Assembly: GCA_965203325.1 (NCBI GenBank)
Contig: OZ241875.1
Location: 1,530,212 to 1,594,211 of the forward strand
From: a bacterium
Lineage (GTDB): Bacteria; UBA8248
Direction of reading: 5' to 3'
DNA: 64,000 nucleotides
Shown: one piece after another, positions 1 to 12,061 of the stretch
How the letters are laid out: every line of letters starts with the position of its first letter
Numbering within the stretch: position 1 is the first letter of the stretch
Notes under the pieces: model-generated
Seen by the model: the letters and a program-made list of their open reading frames with translations, nothing else
What the model was told of the DNA's origin: nothing
The model's database searches: none
Position numbers and translations under genes: made by a program

Positions 1-917
1 TACGCCACGACCTGTTTCGCCACGCTCATGGCTACGTTTTCCTGGGCTTCCGCGGTAGATGCCCCCAGATGCGGCGTGCAGACGACGTCGTCGCGCCCGA
101 TGAGCGGATCGTCCGGGTCGGGGGGTTCCTGTTGGTATACGTCCACCGCCGCGCCTCCGACCTTCCCGCTGTCGAGCGCCTCGGCCAGCGCCACCTCGTT
201 TATCAGCCCCCCGCGCGCGCAGTTGATGATGCGAACGCCGTCGCGCATCTGGGCGATTTCCGCAGCGCCGATCAGGTTCCCCGTCTCCGTGTTCTTCGGC
301 ACGTGCAGGGTGATGTAGTCGGATTTGGCCAGAAGCTCCTCGAAATCCACCGGGTTCACCCCGCGCTGGGAGAGCACTTCGGCGGAGATGTATGGATCGA
401 AGGCGAGGACGTTCATGCCCAGGTTGCGGGCGAACGTCGCCGTCTGCGAACCCACGCGCCCCATGCCCACGACGCCCAGTGTTTTAGAAGATAGCTCGCT
501 GCCCACGAAGCGGTTTCGCTCCCATTTCCCTCCCTTGAGGGAGGAGACGGCCGAGGGAATCTTGCGCGCCAGCGAGAACATCATGGCGATGGTGTGCTCC
601 GCCGTGGTGATGACGTTGCCGTCGGGCGCGTTCACCACCAGAATGCCGCGCATGCTGGCGGCTTCGAGGTCCACGTTGTCCACGCCAATCCCTGCGCGCG
701 CGACCATCTTGAGCGTATCCCCGGCACCCATCAGTTCATCATCCACCTGCGTGCCGCTCCGGACGATGAGCGCGTCGGTTGTCTTCACGGCCTCGAGAAT
801 TTCTTCCCGCGAGGAGGCGGTGCGGTCGAGGACTTCAAAGCCCTGCTGGTCCTCGAGTATCTCGTGCGCCCTCGGCGAGATCGGCTCGGCAATCAGAACT
901 CGAAACGTCTGGTTCAT
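1..917 (-). CDS. serA: D-3-phosphoglycerate dehydrogenase, N-terminal part (gene runs off the window start)
   Basis: Reverse complement of 871-917 translates MNQTFRVLIAEPISP..., a typical SerA / 2-hydroxyacid dehydrogenase N-terminus. The ATG at 917-915 overlaps the downstream stop (ATGA). The plus-strand ORFs in this stretch are antisense artefacts. Confidence 0.75.
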   Translation of the reverse strand, partial: MNQTFRVLIAEPISPRAHEILEDQQGFEVLDRTASSREEILEAVKTTDALIVRSGTQVDDELMGAGDTLKMVARAGIGVDNVDLEAASMRGILVVNAPDGNVITTAEHTIAMMFSLARKIPSAVSSLKGGKWERNRFVGSELSSKTLGVVGMGRVGSQTATFARNLGMNVLAFDPYISAEVLSQRGVNPVDFEELLAKSDYITLHVPKNTETGNLIGAAEIAQMRDGVRIINCARGGLINEVALAEALDSGKVGGAAVDVYQQEPPDPDDPLIGRDDVVCTPHLGASTAEAQENVAMSVAKQVVA

Positions 918-2053
918 TCGTTGAACACCTCTTGCGCTGCGGCGAGGCCGCGCCCTCTATCCAGTGAAAAGCCCAGATCGGCCAGGGTCGATTCCAGCGC
1001 GCCGACCGCCGCCAGCACGTCGGAGGAATCGACATACCCCAGATGCCCGATCCGGAAAATCTTGCCGCTCAGGCCGCCCTGCCCCCCGGCGATGGTCACC
1101 CCGTGCGCATCCTGCATCCTGCCGGGGACGGCTTTTCCGTCGACTCCCTCGGGTACGCAGACGGCGGTGACGGCCTCACTCCTCAAGTCGCGGGGGAATA
1201 TGGCGAGGCCCATCGCTTCAACAGCCGCTCCCGTCGCCCGCGCCAGAAGCGCATGGCGCGCGAAGACGTTCTCCAGCCCCTCCTCGCGCATCATGTCGAG
1301 CGCGACCGACAGGCCCGCCAGAAGGGAGATCGCAGGCGTCCAAGCGGTGGTGTTCTTCATCTGGCTCTTGCGCTCGATCTCGAGGTCGAAATAATACCGG
1401 GGCGAAGTCGATTCCGCGGCGGCGCGCCGGGCCCGCTCGCTCAGCCAGACGAAGGCCAGCCCCGGCGGGAGCATGAGCGCCTTCTGGCTCCCCGTGATCA
1501 CGGCGTCCAGGTCCCATTCATCGGTCTTGAGGTCGTACACGCCCAAGGCGGTGATGGCGTCCACCACCACGAGCGTATCGGGCGACCGCTCTCGCACAAG
1601 CTTCGCAACGGCCTGCACGTCGTGCTTGGACCCAGTGGAGGTTTCGCTCGCCTGCATCAGCAGCGCCTTGTGCCCTCCGCGCTCCAGGCGCGCCTCCAGG
1701 GCACCTAGGTCGACCGAACGGCCCCATTCCACCTCCAGGACGTCCGCCTTTACGCGAAAGGCCTCGCAAAGCTCCGTCCATCGCTCCCCGAATTTGCCGC
1801 CCTCGATGACGAGCGCCGAATCGCCCGGAGAGAGCAGGTTCGCCACCGCCGCCTCCATGCCGCCCGTACCCGAAGCGGCGAGGGTGATGACGTCGCCGCT
1901 CGTCTGGAAGAGCCATTCGAGGCCGCGCCGCGCTCCTTCGAAGTGCGCCTCGAACTCTCTGGTGCGATGGTGGATCAGGGGCCGCGCCATGGCTTCGAGC
2001 ACCCGGTGGGGGACCGGCGTGGGGCCGGGGGCCATGAGGTGGTGCTTGTTCAT
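914..2053 (-). CDS. class V aminotransferase (serine-pyruvate / phosphoserine aminotransferase type)
   Basis: ORF 914..2122 trimmed to the internal Met (MNKHHLMAPGPTPVP...). Shows the class-V AGT-like fold signature (SGTGGMEA, GSQKAL). Stop TGA at 914-916. Sits next to serA. Confidence 0.85.
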   Translation of the reverse strand: MNKHHLMAPGPTPVPHRVLEAMARPLIHHRTREFEAHFEGARRGLEWLFQTSGDVITLAASGTGGMEAAVANLLSPGDSALVIEGGKFGERWTELCEAFRVKADVLEVEWGRSVDLGALEARLERGGHKALLMQASETSTGSKHDVQAVAKLVRERSPDTLVVVDAITALGVYDLKTDEWDLDAVITGSQKALMLPPGLAFVWLSERARRAAAESTSPRYYFDLEIERKSQMKNTTAWTPAISLLAGLSVALDMMREEGLENVFARHALLARATGAAVEAMGLAIFPRDLRSEAVTAVCVPEGVDGKAVPGRMQDAHGVTIAGGQGGLSGKIFRIGHLGYVDSSDVLAAVGALESTLADLGFSLDRGRGLAAAQEVFNE

Positions 2054-2178
2054 TTCTGCTCTTTCCCTGATGTCTGTCGTAGCGGGCGAACACGTGACCA
2101 TACGCCTCAAAGGATATACCACTCCCCGCCAAACCCCTCAAGCGATGTTCATGCCGCCCGTTTTCGTGGGGGTTTGTA

Positions 2179-3688
2179 GGGGCCGCATATATGCGGCCCT
2201 TGCGGGTCGGATCGTCAAGCCGTCGTAAAACCCATCCAGGAATTGCGCCGTTAGACGGGACGGAACTATCAATGGCGAAAACCACTCTGCGCGGGACGAT
2301 GGGATGGACGCCTCCTTCCGGCAGTTTAGAATGTGGCGAGGTAACGTCACACACCGCCCGGAAGGAGACGACCATGGAAGGAGTCTACATCATCGGCATC
2401 GATCTGGCGAAGAACAGTTTTCAACTCCACGGGGCGCGGGCGGACGGTTCGGTCGCGTACCGCAGGAAGCTGACGCGCGCGAAGGTGCTGGGCTTTCTGG
2501 CCTCGCAGCCGCGTTGCGTGGTGGCGATGGAGGCGTGCGCGGGGGCGCACCATTGGGGCCGGGCGCTCGGTCGTCTCGGCCACGAGGTGAAGCTGCTGCC
2601 GCCGGCCTACGTGAAGCCCTACGTGAAGCGCCACAAGAACGACGCGGCGGACGCGGAGGCGATTAGCGAGGCGGCCACTCGCCCGACGATACGTCCGGTG
2701 GCGGTAAAGAGCGAGGAACAGCAGACGCACGGGATGCTGTACCGGGCGCGCGATTTGCTGGTGGGTCACCGGACCCGGACGATCAACGCCTTGCGGAGTC
2801 ATCTGGCGGAGTTCGGGGTCGTCGCGCGTCAGGGGCCCGTTGGCCTCACGAGATTGGTGGTTGCGGTTCGGGGAGCGGAATCGGGTCTGCCCGAGGCGGT
2901 CCGGGAGCTGGGCGAGGTTCTGCTGGAGGAGATCGCCGGCCTGAAGGCGAAGATAGAGGAGTTGGAGAGGCGGCTGTGCGCGAGCGTCCGCGATGACGAG
3001 GAGGCGCAGCGGCTGATGAGCATTCCGGGGGTCGGGCCGATAACGGCGTCGGCGATCCGGGCGTTCGCGCCGCCGATGGAGAACTTCCGTCGGGGCCGGG
3101 ACTTCTCGGCCTGGCTGGGTCTGGTCCCCCGGCAGCACACCACGGGGGGCAAGCCCCGCCTGGGGCGGATATCGAAGATGGGCCAGCGCGACGTGAGGCG
3201 GCTGTTGATCATGTGCGCGATGTCGGTGATTCGCCAGGCCGTTCGGCGCGGCGCGCCGCGGGGTTCGTGGCTGGCCCGGATGCTGGCGCGCAAGCCTCGT
3301 ATGCTCGTCGCGGTGGCGCTGGCCAACAAGATGGCGCGCATCGCGTGGGCGCTGCTGCGGAACAAGGAGTTCTACAGGGAACCGGCGCCCCTCGCCTGAG
3401 CGGCGCGCGGATAGAGTCGGGAGGAATGTGAGCCGGTCGGAGGAAGGGTAAGGGCAAACGGTCATCGAGACGGGATCGGGGCAACCAGGTACATGCGACG
3501 AGCGAACCACCGAGCTCGCCGGGACGATTCGGACCCGATCCGCGCATCTCCATACGGGCCCGCGGCCAGCATGAAGCGCCGCAACGAAGAGGCCGAATGT
3601 ACGACTGAGCCGAACCGCTTTGCGCCGAACCCTCCAAAAAACCGCTTGCATTCCAAGGGGGCGTCCATGTACGCATATATGCGTCCCC
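2179..3688 (+). mobile_element. IS110-family insertion sequence, about 1.5 kb, no terminal inverted repeats
   Basis: A single DEDD-type transposase ORF with long non-coding ends. It is flanked by two related palindromes, GGGGCCGCATATATGCGGCCC (2179-2199) and GTCCATGTACGCATATATGCGTCCCC (3663-3688). The boundaries are approximate. Confidence 0.55.
2374..3399 (+). CDS. IS110 family transposase
   Basis: MEGVYIIGIDLAKNSFQLHG... N-terminal DEDD RuvC-like motif and a C-terminal Transposase_20 region (MSIPGVGPITASAI...GRISKMGQRDVRRLL). RBS GAAGGAGA at 2361-2368. Confidence 0.9.
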   Translation: MEGVYIIGIDLAKNSFQLHGARADGSVAYRRKLTRAKVLGFLASQPRCVVAMEACAGAHHWGRALGRLGHEVKLLPPAYVKPYVKRHKNDAADAEAISEAATRPTIRPVAVKSEEQQTHGMLYRARDLLVGHRTRTINALRSHLAEFGVVARQGPVGLTRLVVAVRGAESGLPEAVRELGEVLLEEIAGLKAKIEELERRLCASVRDDEEAQRLMSIPGVGPITASAIRAFAPPMENFRRGRDFSAWLGLVPRQHTTGGKPRLGRISKMGQRDVRRLLIMCAMSVIRQAVRRGAPRGSWLARMLARKPRMLVAVALANKMARIAWALLRNKEFYREPAPLA

Positions 3689-3763
3689 TACACAATTCGT
3701 ATATACCGAACCAAATAAGCCATAAATGTTAGTTAAAAAGGCACGGCAAAGTGTTCTCCACAC

Positions 3764-3798
3764 ACAAAAAAACCGGGGGGCCGAAGCCCCCCGGTTGT
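3764..3798 (-). terminator. rho-independent terminator downstream of the porin gene
   Basis: Hairpin CCGGGGGGCcgaaGCCCCCCGG followed by a T-run on the minus strand (A-run at 3766-3772 on plus). Confidence 0.6.
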
Positions 3799-3836
3799 CG
3801 TCGCGTCAGGTGAGGACGCGAGCGTCCTTCATGCTG

Positions 3837-5084
3837 CTAGAAGATGTGGCGCAGCGTCCAGCCGACCGCCCAGCCGTCGTCGATCTCCGGGCCATCAACC
3901 GCTCTGCCGTAATCGCCGCGCAGGATAACGGCGCCCACACCGCGAAGCTCGAGGTTCGAGTGGATCTTCCACTTGAAGGCGGCGTTGAGCTCTGTGCCGA
4001 ATTCCTTCGCGTCCATCGTGTTCGGTGCGAGGGAAGGCTCTGCGGAATTGTAGAGGGATACACCGCCGCCCAGCGTCAGGGTCTTGCTGACCTTGAAGTC
4101 GGCCAGCCCCTCGATCACGGTCGCGCCGTTCAAGGCGCCCAGGTGCACGCTTCTGATGCCGTTGCCCAGAGTCGTCCAGCGGCGCGAAGTCATAATGTGG
4201 CCGCCGAAGAACCAGCCGGAACCGCCTTCCTGAGGCGTCCTGAACCGGCCGTCCTCACCGGCCCTGGCACCGTCATTGCCGGAGAGCATCGTGAGGTTGC
4301 CGCTCAGCTTCAGTTTGCCCAGACTCGTGGAAGTCCTCACCAGAACGGCCCAACCCGAGAGCTCATCGCCGGGTTCGCGGGGATCATCGCTCGAGAGGTC
4401 ACCTTCCTGGATGACCATAGAACCGTTCACGTTGAGGATGCCTACCTTGGTCTTGACGTGGATGCCGAGGAAGCTGTAGTCGTAGCCGCCGAGCACCGCG
4501 TCCCTGGAGTTGGCCGCCCACGGTGTAACCGTTAGCGTCGGGTTCACCTTGATGCCCACGCCGACGTAGTAATCCGTCTTGTCGTCGTTTTCGGCGCTGG
4601 TATCTTCCTTCGACTTGGTCATGAACGCGCTGAGCGACATGTTCTTGCTGAGCTTACCGTAGATCGCAATGCCCGGTTCACGGGAACGACCGCTGCTGTC
4701 GTAGATTTCCTTGTCCGGCGAGAAATAGTCCGTCCGGCCCATACGCATGCGGAGCGCGCTGCCCGGAACGGCGAAGTCGATCACCCAGCGGTTGACGCCG
4801 ACAGTCTGCCGGCCGGGACCGATTGAGAAGCCGCCGTTCGCGCTTACGAATTCGGGCTCCCACACGGCCGTGACGGCGCCGCTTTTCGCCGTGAAGCGCG
4901 GGCGGATGAGCGCGTCCAGGTAATTACTCTTGTCATTTACGTCATCGTTTCCGTCTTTGTTGACGTTTTCGCTGGATCCGCGCACTCGGAAGAAGCCGCT
5001 GAACTTGAGGTCGGCCGCGTACGAGGGCGCTACAAACGTCGCCAAGAGCGCCAGCGCAAATAGAGTTAACAGAATTTTCCTCAT
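3837..5084 (-). CDS. outer-membrane beta-barrel porin
   Basis: Signal peptide MRKILLTLFALALLATFVAPSYA. Alternating amphipathic beta-strand pattern. C-terminal ...WTLRHIF ending in Phe. RBS AGGAGAAA 8 nt upstream. Confidence 0.65.
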   Translation of the reverse strand: MRKILLTLFALALLATFVAPSYAADLKFSGFFRVRGSSENVNKDGNDDVNDKSNYLDALIRPRFTAKSGAVTAVWEPEFVSANGGFSIGPGRQTVGVNRWVIDFAVPGSALRMRMGRTDYFSPDKEIYDSSGRSREPGIAIYGKLSKNMSLSAFMTKSKEDTSAENDDKTDYYVGVGIKVNPTLTVTPWAANSRDAVLGGYDYSFLGIHVKTKVGILNVNGSMVIQEGDLSSDDPREPGDELSGWAVLVRTSTSLGKLKLSGNLTMLSGNDGARAGEDGRFRTPQEGGSGWFFGGHIMTSRRWTTLGNGIRSVHLGALNGATVIEGLADFKVSKTLTLGGGVSLYNSAEPSLAPNTMDAKEFGTELNAAFKWKIHSNLELRGVGAVILRGDYGRAVDGPEIDDGWAVGWTLRHIF

Positions 5085-5340
5085 GTGTATTTCTCCTCAT
5101 CGAGGTTTCATAAAAAAATGTTGCCGTCTTCCTTCGTGTTCAACATCTTGATTTTGTCAATGTGTCTGCATTCGTGCTTCGTCGTCTGCAACAGGGCTTC
5201 CCGTTCCCGCATCACCCCCTCTCTTCTCTTCCATGTCGCCCCGTACGTCGACAAGGTTCTAACGAGCGAACCGGTTTTTTGCCGCTTATGTAGACGATTC
5301 CCTGTCTGAGAAAACAATCATTCCATTCCCCGTTTCTCAA

Positions 5341-5370
5341 AGAATAGAGGAAGAAGATTCTTCTTGTCAA
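5341..5370 (-). promoter_or_regulatory. candidate sigma70 promoter for the porin gene
   Basis: On the minus strand TTGACA-N18-TATTCT. The spacer is the near-palindrome AAGAAGA-T-TCTTCTT, a possible operator. Would give a ~250-nt 5'UTR. Confidence 0.25.
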
Positions 5371-5639
5371 CAAACAATCCGAATGGAAACCCGAAAATTA
5401 GCCCCTACTCGATCCGAATCCCGCGCTTGGCCGTGAGACGGAAGAAAGTATTTAATGATTGTAAAATCAGTCCTTTACGAAAATTCTCGTGTCATGAATA
5501 AGCGGCGCGAGATTCCCCGGCCCGTCCGGCTTCCCCAGGTTCAAGAATTTTTTTTCTTTCGCAGGCCATAAATGTCGCGGAAATACGCCTTTCGCCTCTG
5601 GTAATCCGACCAAGCCCCACACCATTGAAGTAGAGGATT

Positions 5640-7568
5640 CTATTCCCTGATCCTGTAGAAAAAGAGTCGGCTCTTCGCTCCGGCGAACAGACCCGAACTC
5701 GCCGCCGCGACAACGAGATCGTCGTAGCCGTCGTTGTCCGCGTCGCCGAAAGCGAAATCCACGACTCCGCTGCTCAGCTTCCTCGTGCGCCAGGTTTCGC
5801 TCAAGCCGCTTCCGTCCCATATAAGACTTGCAAGCTGGCCACCCGAAATCCCCAGGCCGGGAGCAATGGCGGCGCCGTATTCGTTTTTGATCACCAGAAC
5901 CTCGTCCACACCGTCCCCGTCGACGTCATTAAACAGCACGCGCGAGCGGATGGGGAGATCCGGCACATGATCCCCGTCCCCGGTGCTTTCAGTATTGGCC
6001 TGGGAGAAGAATTTATGGACGGGCACGCCATAGGTTTCAGAACTGGAGAATATCTCCGAGCCGCTTCTGGAAAAAACCCTCAGCCTGTCGTCTTTCCCGA
6101 CCTCGATGACTTCCTGCGCGCCGTCCTTGTTGAGGTCCCACAAGCCGAAGCCCAGTATCGTTATATCGGGCGGAAGCGCATAAGGGGCAGCGGGCGTGAG
6201 CTTTCCACCCGACCAGCGGTAGCTGCGGATGGGGCCGTCGAAAGCGCTCTCGATCCCTTCGCTCTGTCCCAGAAGCAGATAGGCTTCCGAATCGGGAATC
6301 TTCTCACCCCTCTTGGGCCGCCGCATCCGTATCAGGCGATAAAAAGTTCTGTCGTTCCGTACTAGGGGCGTGAACTTCCCGCCCTTGAACTGCAAGATTA
6401 TAGAGAACAACTCGTTCGAGCGGTAAGAGGCGAGGTAGAACTCCGGCGCGCCGTCTCCGTTCATGTCGGCGACGTCGAGCCAGCGGAAGTCGTTCGCCGC
6501 CCCCTCGTCGAAGCGTGCGACCTCGCGCATCCGGTTTCCCTCGAAGCGGTTGACGATGACCTGCGTCTGCGTGATGAGCACGACTTCGCTTTTTCCGTCC
6601 CCGTCCACGTCCGCCAGGGACAGCCCCCGGATGGCGACCTTGTCGAACGAGTAGCTTTTTTGGCCGCCTCCTCTATTTGGTACGCCCTCACGTGCGAGCA
6701 CGAAGCTCTCGTTCGCGGGTCCCGCGCGCACACCGTCCCCGCCGCGCCTTAATTCCTGCACCTTGGGCGGGCCCTGCTCGAAGGGCAACTCATCCGCAAT
6801 GGCCACGGCCTTGAAGAGTTCTTCCTTCGTGGTGAGAGATAAAAGACGGGTGGAGAGGATTTTCTTCCCCCGGATTTCGCGGAGTTCGTTCTCGATCGCC
6901 ATGTCGCTCCGCACCTGGTTCCGCAGGCGGATGGGGTTCTGATTTTTAAGAATTTCATCGGTGGCGACACCCGTCTCCAGGAGCCATACCTGGAGCCTGT
7001 CCACGTCGTAGACATCGAAGCGTCCGCTCCTCAGGAGTTGGCGGCTCAGCTCCCTCGTGAGGGTCTCCATGCTGATGGGTTCTTTCGTCTGGTTCACGAA
7101 AGGCAGTATCGCCAGGCGAACCTTCGCGGCGGACATGCGCACCGTGTCCTTGACGCGCGGGGAGAGCCGCCCGCCAGGCGCCAGGCGGACCAGACGCGCG
7201 ATGGAGAATTTCTCCCGCACCTCGACGACCTCGACTTCGCCGATTTCCTCTTCCAGCTTGCCGAGAACGACGCCCGTCGTCGGGTGGCGAAACGGCGCGC
7301 CCTCGCGGTAGACGTTCAGCTTGACGCCCTTCACCACCTCATCCTTCTCTCCGAGGCTCAAGTAAAGATCCGCCCCCCTGACGGCGACCACCGCGCCGCG
7401 CAGGTTCGGGAATCGCTGGTGCAGCTTTTCGCTGATGAGGCCCAGGGCCTTGCGGTAATCATTCTCCTGGGCATGAACCGAACTGCCGGATGCGCAGAGG
7501 AGAATCATGAGCGCCGGCAGGACGAGCGACGCCTTCTTGAGGAGGTGAGAGAACATGAAAAACCCCAT
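5640..7568 (-). CDS. secreted FG-GAP/VCBS-repeat protein
   Basis: Signal peptide. Repeated DVDGDG / DADNDGYDDLVV / DLNKDGAQEV motifs (FG-GAP-like Ca-binding repeats). The N-terminal domain contains LAILPFVNQT (CsgG/LpoB-like). Confidence 0.65.
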   Translation of the reverse strand: MGFFMFSHLLKKASLVLPALMILLCASGSSVHAQENDYRKALGLISEKLHQRFPNLRGAVVAVRGADLYLSLGEKDEVVKGVKLNVYREGAPFRHPTTGVVLGKLEEEIGEVEVVEVREKFSIARLVRLAPGGRLSPRVKDTVRMSAAKVRLAILPFVNQTKEPISMETLTRELSRQLLRSGRFDVYDVDRLQVWLLETGVATDEILKNQNPIRLRNQVRSDMAIENELREIRGKKILSTRLLSLTTKEELFKAVAIADELPFEQGPPKVQELRRGGDGVRAGPANESFVLAREGVPNRGGGQKSYSFDKVAIRGLSLADVDGDGKSEVVLITQTQVIVNRFEGNRMREVARFDEGAANDFRWLDVADMNGDGAPEFYLASYRSNELFSIILQFKGGKFTPLVRNDRTFYRLIRMRRPKRGEKIPDSEAYLLLGQSEGIESAFDGPIRSYRWSGGKLTPAAPYALPPDITILGFGLWDLNKDGAQEVIEVGKDDRLRVFSRSGSEIFSSSETYGVPVHKFFSQANTESTGDGDHVPDLPIRSRVLFNDVDGDGVDEVLVIKNEYGAAIAPGLGISGGQLASLIWDGSGLSETWRTRKLSSGVVDFAFGDADNDGYDDLVVAAASSGLFAGAKSRLFFYRIRE

Positions 7569-7778
7569 ATTGGAAATGCGTTCTTAAGAGACTCCGGCGG
7601 CGCCGTTTCCGCTCCGTGACGGAGGATGGCTCTGGATAATCAATCAGCCGTTATATTATCATGATTTCGAAGACAGAATGCCCCCAACACCCACAAATAT
7701 ACCGCGTAAGAAGCAGAAAGCAAGTTGAATCCGTCCATGCGGAAAGCCGCTCCGACCCAACGCAGGCCGTGTTTCGCC

Positions 7779-9692
7779 TCAAGGCGCGGCGAGGCCCAAC
7801 TCTCTCATCATTTTCGGGTGAAGCGGCGAGCCGAACCTGCCGGCCTCTCTCGCGTGTTTTCGCGCGCCCGTGCGATCGCCTTCCACATAGAGGGCCAGCG
7901 CCAGATTGTGATGGACGCCTCCGTGGCCCGGCTCCAGCCTGAGGGCCGCCCTGAACTGCGCTATCGCCAGCCGCCTCGAACCCGCCTTGAGGTACAGGGT
8001 GCCCAGGTTGAATCGCGCCTCCACCAGCGAGGGTTTGAGGCTTATCGCGCGCTCGAAACGGGGTCTGGCCAGATCGCCGCGACCGGCGCCCATATACAGC
8101 ACTCCCAGGGCCAGGTGCGCCTCGGCGTTCTCATCGTTCAGACGCAGGGCGCGCTGCAAGGAAGTTTCGGCGGCGGCCGGGTCGCCGCTTTGCATCTGCG
8201 CTATCCCCAAATCCACCCAGGCGTAATCGTAGACGGGATAGATCTCGACGGATTTCTCGAGCGGCGCAATGGCTTCGCGGAACCTGTTCCGGTCGATCAG
8301 GGCCTGCCCGTACACCCGGAGCGCGCGCGCGCTTTTGGGCGATACCTCCGCCATTCGCCGCCAGAAACGAAGCGCATCGCCCCACTCGTGGTTTCGCTTT
8401 ATCGTCAGCGCCCCGAAGGTCAGGCATGCGACTACGAGCAGCGCCGCGCCGACCCGCCAGTCCCTTTGGTTGAGCCAGACGCCCGCTGTGGGAACGAGGG
8501 CGATCAGGAAGCCGGCCGAGGGGATATACAGCACCCGCTCCGCCATGATGGTGCCCATGGGGATTAGCAGGTTGCTCACGGGCAGATACGCGCCGATGAA
8601 AACGACGAGCCCGAAGGCGATCCACGGCATGTCTTTCCTCAGGCGCCAGGAGGCGTACCCCCACGCCAGAGAGCCCAGTGTCCCAGCCAGCATCCAAAGC
8701 GCGGCCTCAGTCCCCTCCACAGGAATCTGCGCGAAGGAATAATCCATGCTCAAAGGCCACGGCCAGACCAGTAACTTGAAATAGCGGCCCAGTACGCCGA
8801 CCGCGCCCAGGATACGTTCGCCGGCCGGCATCAGCGCCAGGACGTTGTCGAGTTTCGACGGGGGATAGGGGCGCGCCAGCATGCCCAGTGCGGCGTATCG
8901 CATCCACACGTAGACGATGAGCACGAGGACGAGCGCGCAGACGGCGGTGAGCGTGTGCTTGAGAGGCGGGCGCTCGGTCTTTCCCAATACACAGCGGCTC
9001 CAGAGCCACCATAAAAGGGCGCTGAACAGCAGGGCGACGCCGATTTCCTTGGACAAAAGCGCAAAAAGGCAAAGCGCGCATGTGAGGCCGACGGGCGTGA
9101 GCACTCCTCGATAAGAGAGGCCTCCTTCGCCTCCCCTCTCGTGGATCCCCTCCGCAACGCCTGGTTTCGTCCCCGGAAGCGCGACGCCCACCAGGAGGCC
9201 CAATCCCCCGAACACGCCGGCGGCGGCCATCAGGTCGGCGCGCGCGACGACGGCGTTCACCGCCTCGGTATGCACCGGATGAAGGGCGAACAGCAGGGCG
9301 CCAGCTCCCGCCGCGCCGCGCGAAAGCCCGAAACGCATGCACAGCCAGAACAGCGCGAGCGAGGCGAGGGCATGAAACAAGGCGTTGGCGATTCTGTAAC
9401 CCAAAGGGTTCAGGCCGCCCGCGGCGTGGTTCAGCGCAAAAGAGACGATGGTGAGGGGCCGGTAGAGGCGGTCTCTTCTCTCGTTCGTCTCTATCACGGC
9501 CCAGTAGTCGCGCTGAAAGGCTTCCAGAATGCGGCCGCTCTCGCGAACCAGGGGATTCTCGCCGATGATGGCGATGTCGTCGTGCAGAAACGGGTTCGTA
9601 AACGCGCCCGCGAAGATGAAAAACGCGGCGCCGGCGATGGCGCAGGCCCAACCCCATTTCACGAGCGACCCCATTCGTCCTGTCTCATCCAT
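7779..9692 (-). CDS. multipass membrane protein with C-terminal TPR repeats (TMTC/PMT-like glycosyltransferase family)
   Basis: N-terminus HDDIAIIGENPLV and more than 10 TM helices. Four to five C-terminal TPR units (AEAHLALGVLYMGAG...). Start chosen at ATG 9692; the ORF track's 9719 is TTG. Confidence 0.65.
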   Translation of the reverse strand: MDETGRMGSLVKWGWACAIAGAAFFIFAGAFTNPFLHDDIAIIGENPLVRESGRILEAFQRDYWAVIETNERRDRLYRPLTIVSFALNHAAGGLNPLGYRIANALFHALASLALFWLCMRFGLSRGAAGAGALLFALHPVHTEAVNAVVARADLMAAAGVFGGLGLLVGVALPGTKPGVAEGIHERGGEGGLSYRGVLTPVGLTCALCLFALLSKEIGVALLFSALLWWLWSRCVLGKTERPPLKHTLTAVCALVLVLIVYVWMRYAALGMLARPYPPSKLDNVLALMPAGERILGAVGVLGRYFKLLVWPWPLSMDYSFAQIPVEGTEAALWMLAGTLGSLAWGYASWRLRKDMPWIAFGLVVFIGAYLPVSNLLIPMGTIMAERVLYIPSAGFLIALVPTAGVWLNQRDWRVGAALLVVACLTFGALTIKRNHEWGDALRFWRRMAEVSPKSARALRVYGQALIDRNRFREAIAPLEKSVEIYPVYDYAWVDLGIAQMQSGDPAAAETSLQRALRLNDENAEAHLALGVLYMGAGRGDLARPRFERAISLKPSLVEARFNLGTLYLKAGSRRLAIAQFRAALRLEPGHGGVHHNLALALYVEGDRTGARKHAREAGRFGSPLHPKMMRELGLAAP

Positions 9693-9895
9693 CGCCCGAA
9701 CTGCCGAGCGTTTCTCCAATGCGCCGTCAACCGCCTGAAAAAGAACGGTATCCGCATGAAAAGACTCCCGATGTCACGGCCCGGCCCCAGTAATTTCAAA
9801 AACATCCGAATCATTGAGCCGCCATCATGACAACAAAACTTCCGCCCCGCCACCGGAAACCTCGATAAAATCGCCCTCCTCGTCCGCTTTTCCTT

Positions 9896-9924
9896 TTGAC
9901 TCCCGGCGTAACGACTGATAGTCT
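9896..9924 (+). promoter_or_regulatory. candidate promoter of the thiC leader
   Basis: TTGACT-N17-TAGTCT immediately upstream of the riboswitch. The same hexamer pair recurs at 32992-33020. Confidence 0.3.
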
Positions 9925-11915
<1,991 letters not shown>

Positions 11916-11942
11916 GCCGTCCGCAGCCGACTCGCCTCATCA

Positions 11943-11979
11943 AACCCCGCTCGGGCCGACGCCCGGGCGGGGTTTTTCT
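11943..11979 (+). terminator. rho-independent terminator after thiC
   Basis: CCCCGCTCGGGCCGACGCCCGGGCGGGG hairpin followed by TTTTTCTT. Confidence 0.6.
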
Positions 11980-12061
11980 TATGGCTCGATAACCACCACA
12001 AGACTTTGACACGGGATTGATGATAGATTCCTCTTATCGTACCAAGTCGATGGGAGCCGCC

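Noticed and set aside
325-1394. Plus-strand ORFs 325..924 and 594..1394
   Set aside because: They are antisense to serA and the aminotransferase, with no RBS and Ser/Arg/Thr-rich translations.
5085-5639. Small ORFs 5085..5309 (+) and 5108..5317 (-) in the long porin upstream region
   Set aside because: No RBS and low-GC. They overlap the putative porin promoter and 5'UTR and are more likely non-coding.
8707-9830. 316-aa minus-strand and 229-aa plus-strand ORFs inside the TMTC-like gene
   Set aside because: Wrong frame or strand relative to a gene with clear TM/TPR architecture. Low-complexity Arg/Gly-rich products.
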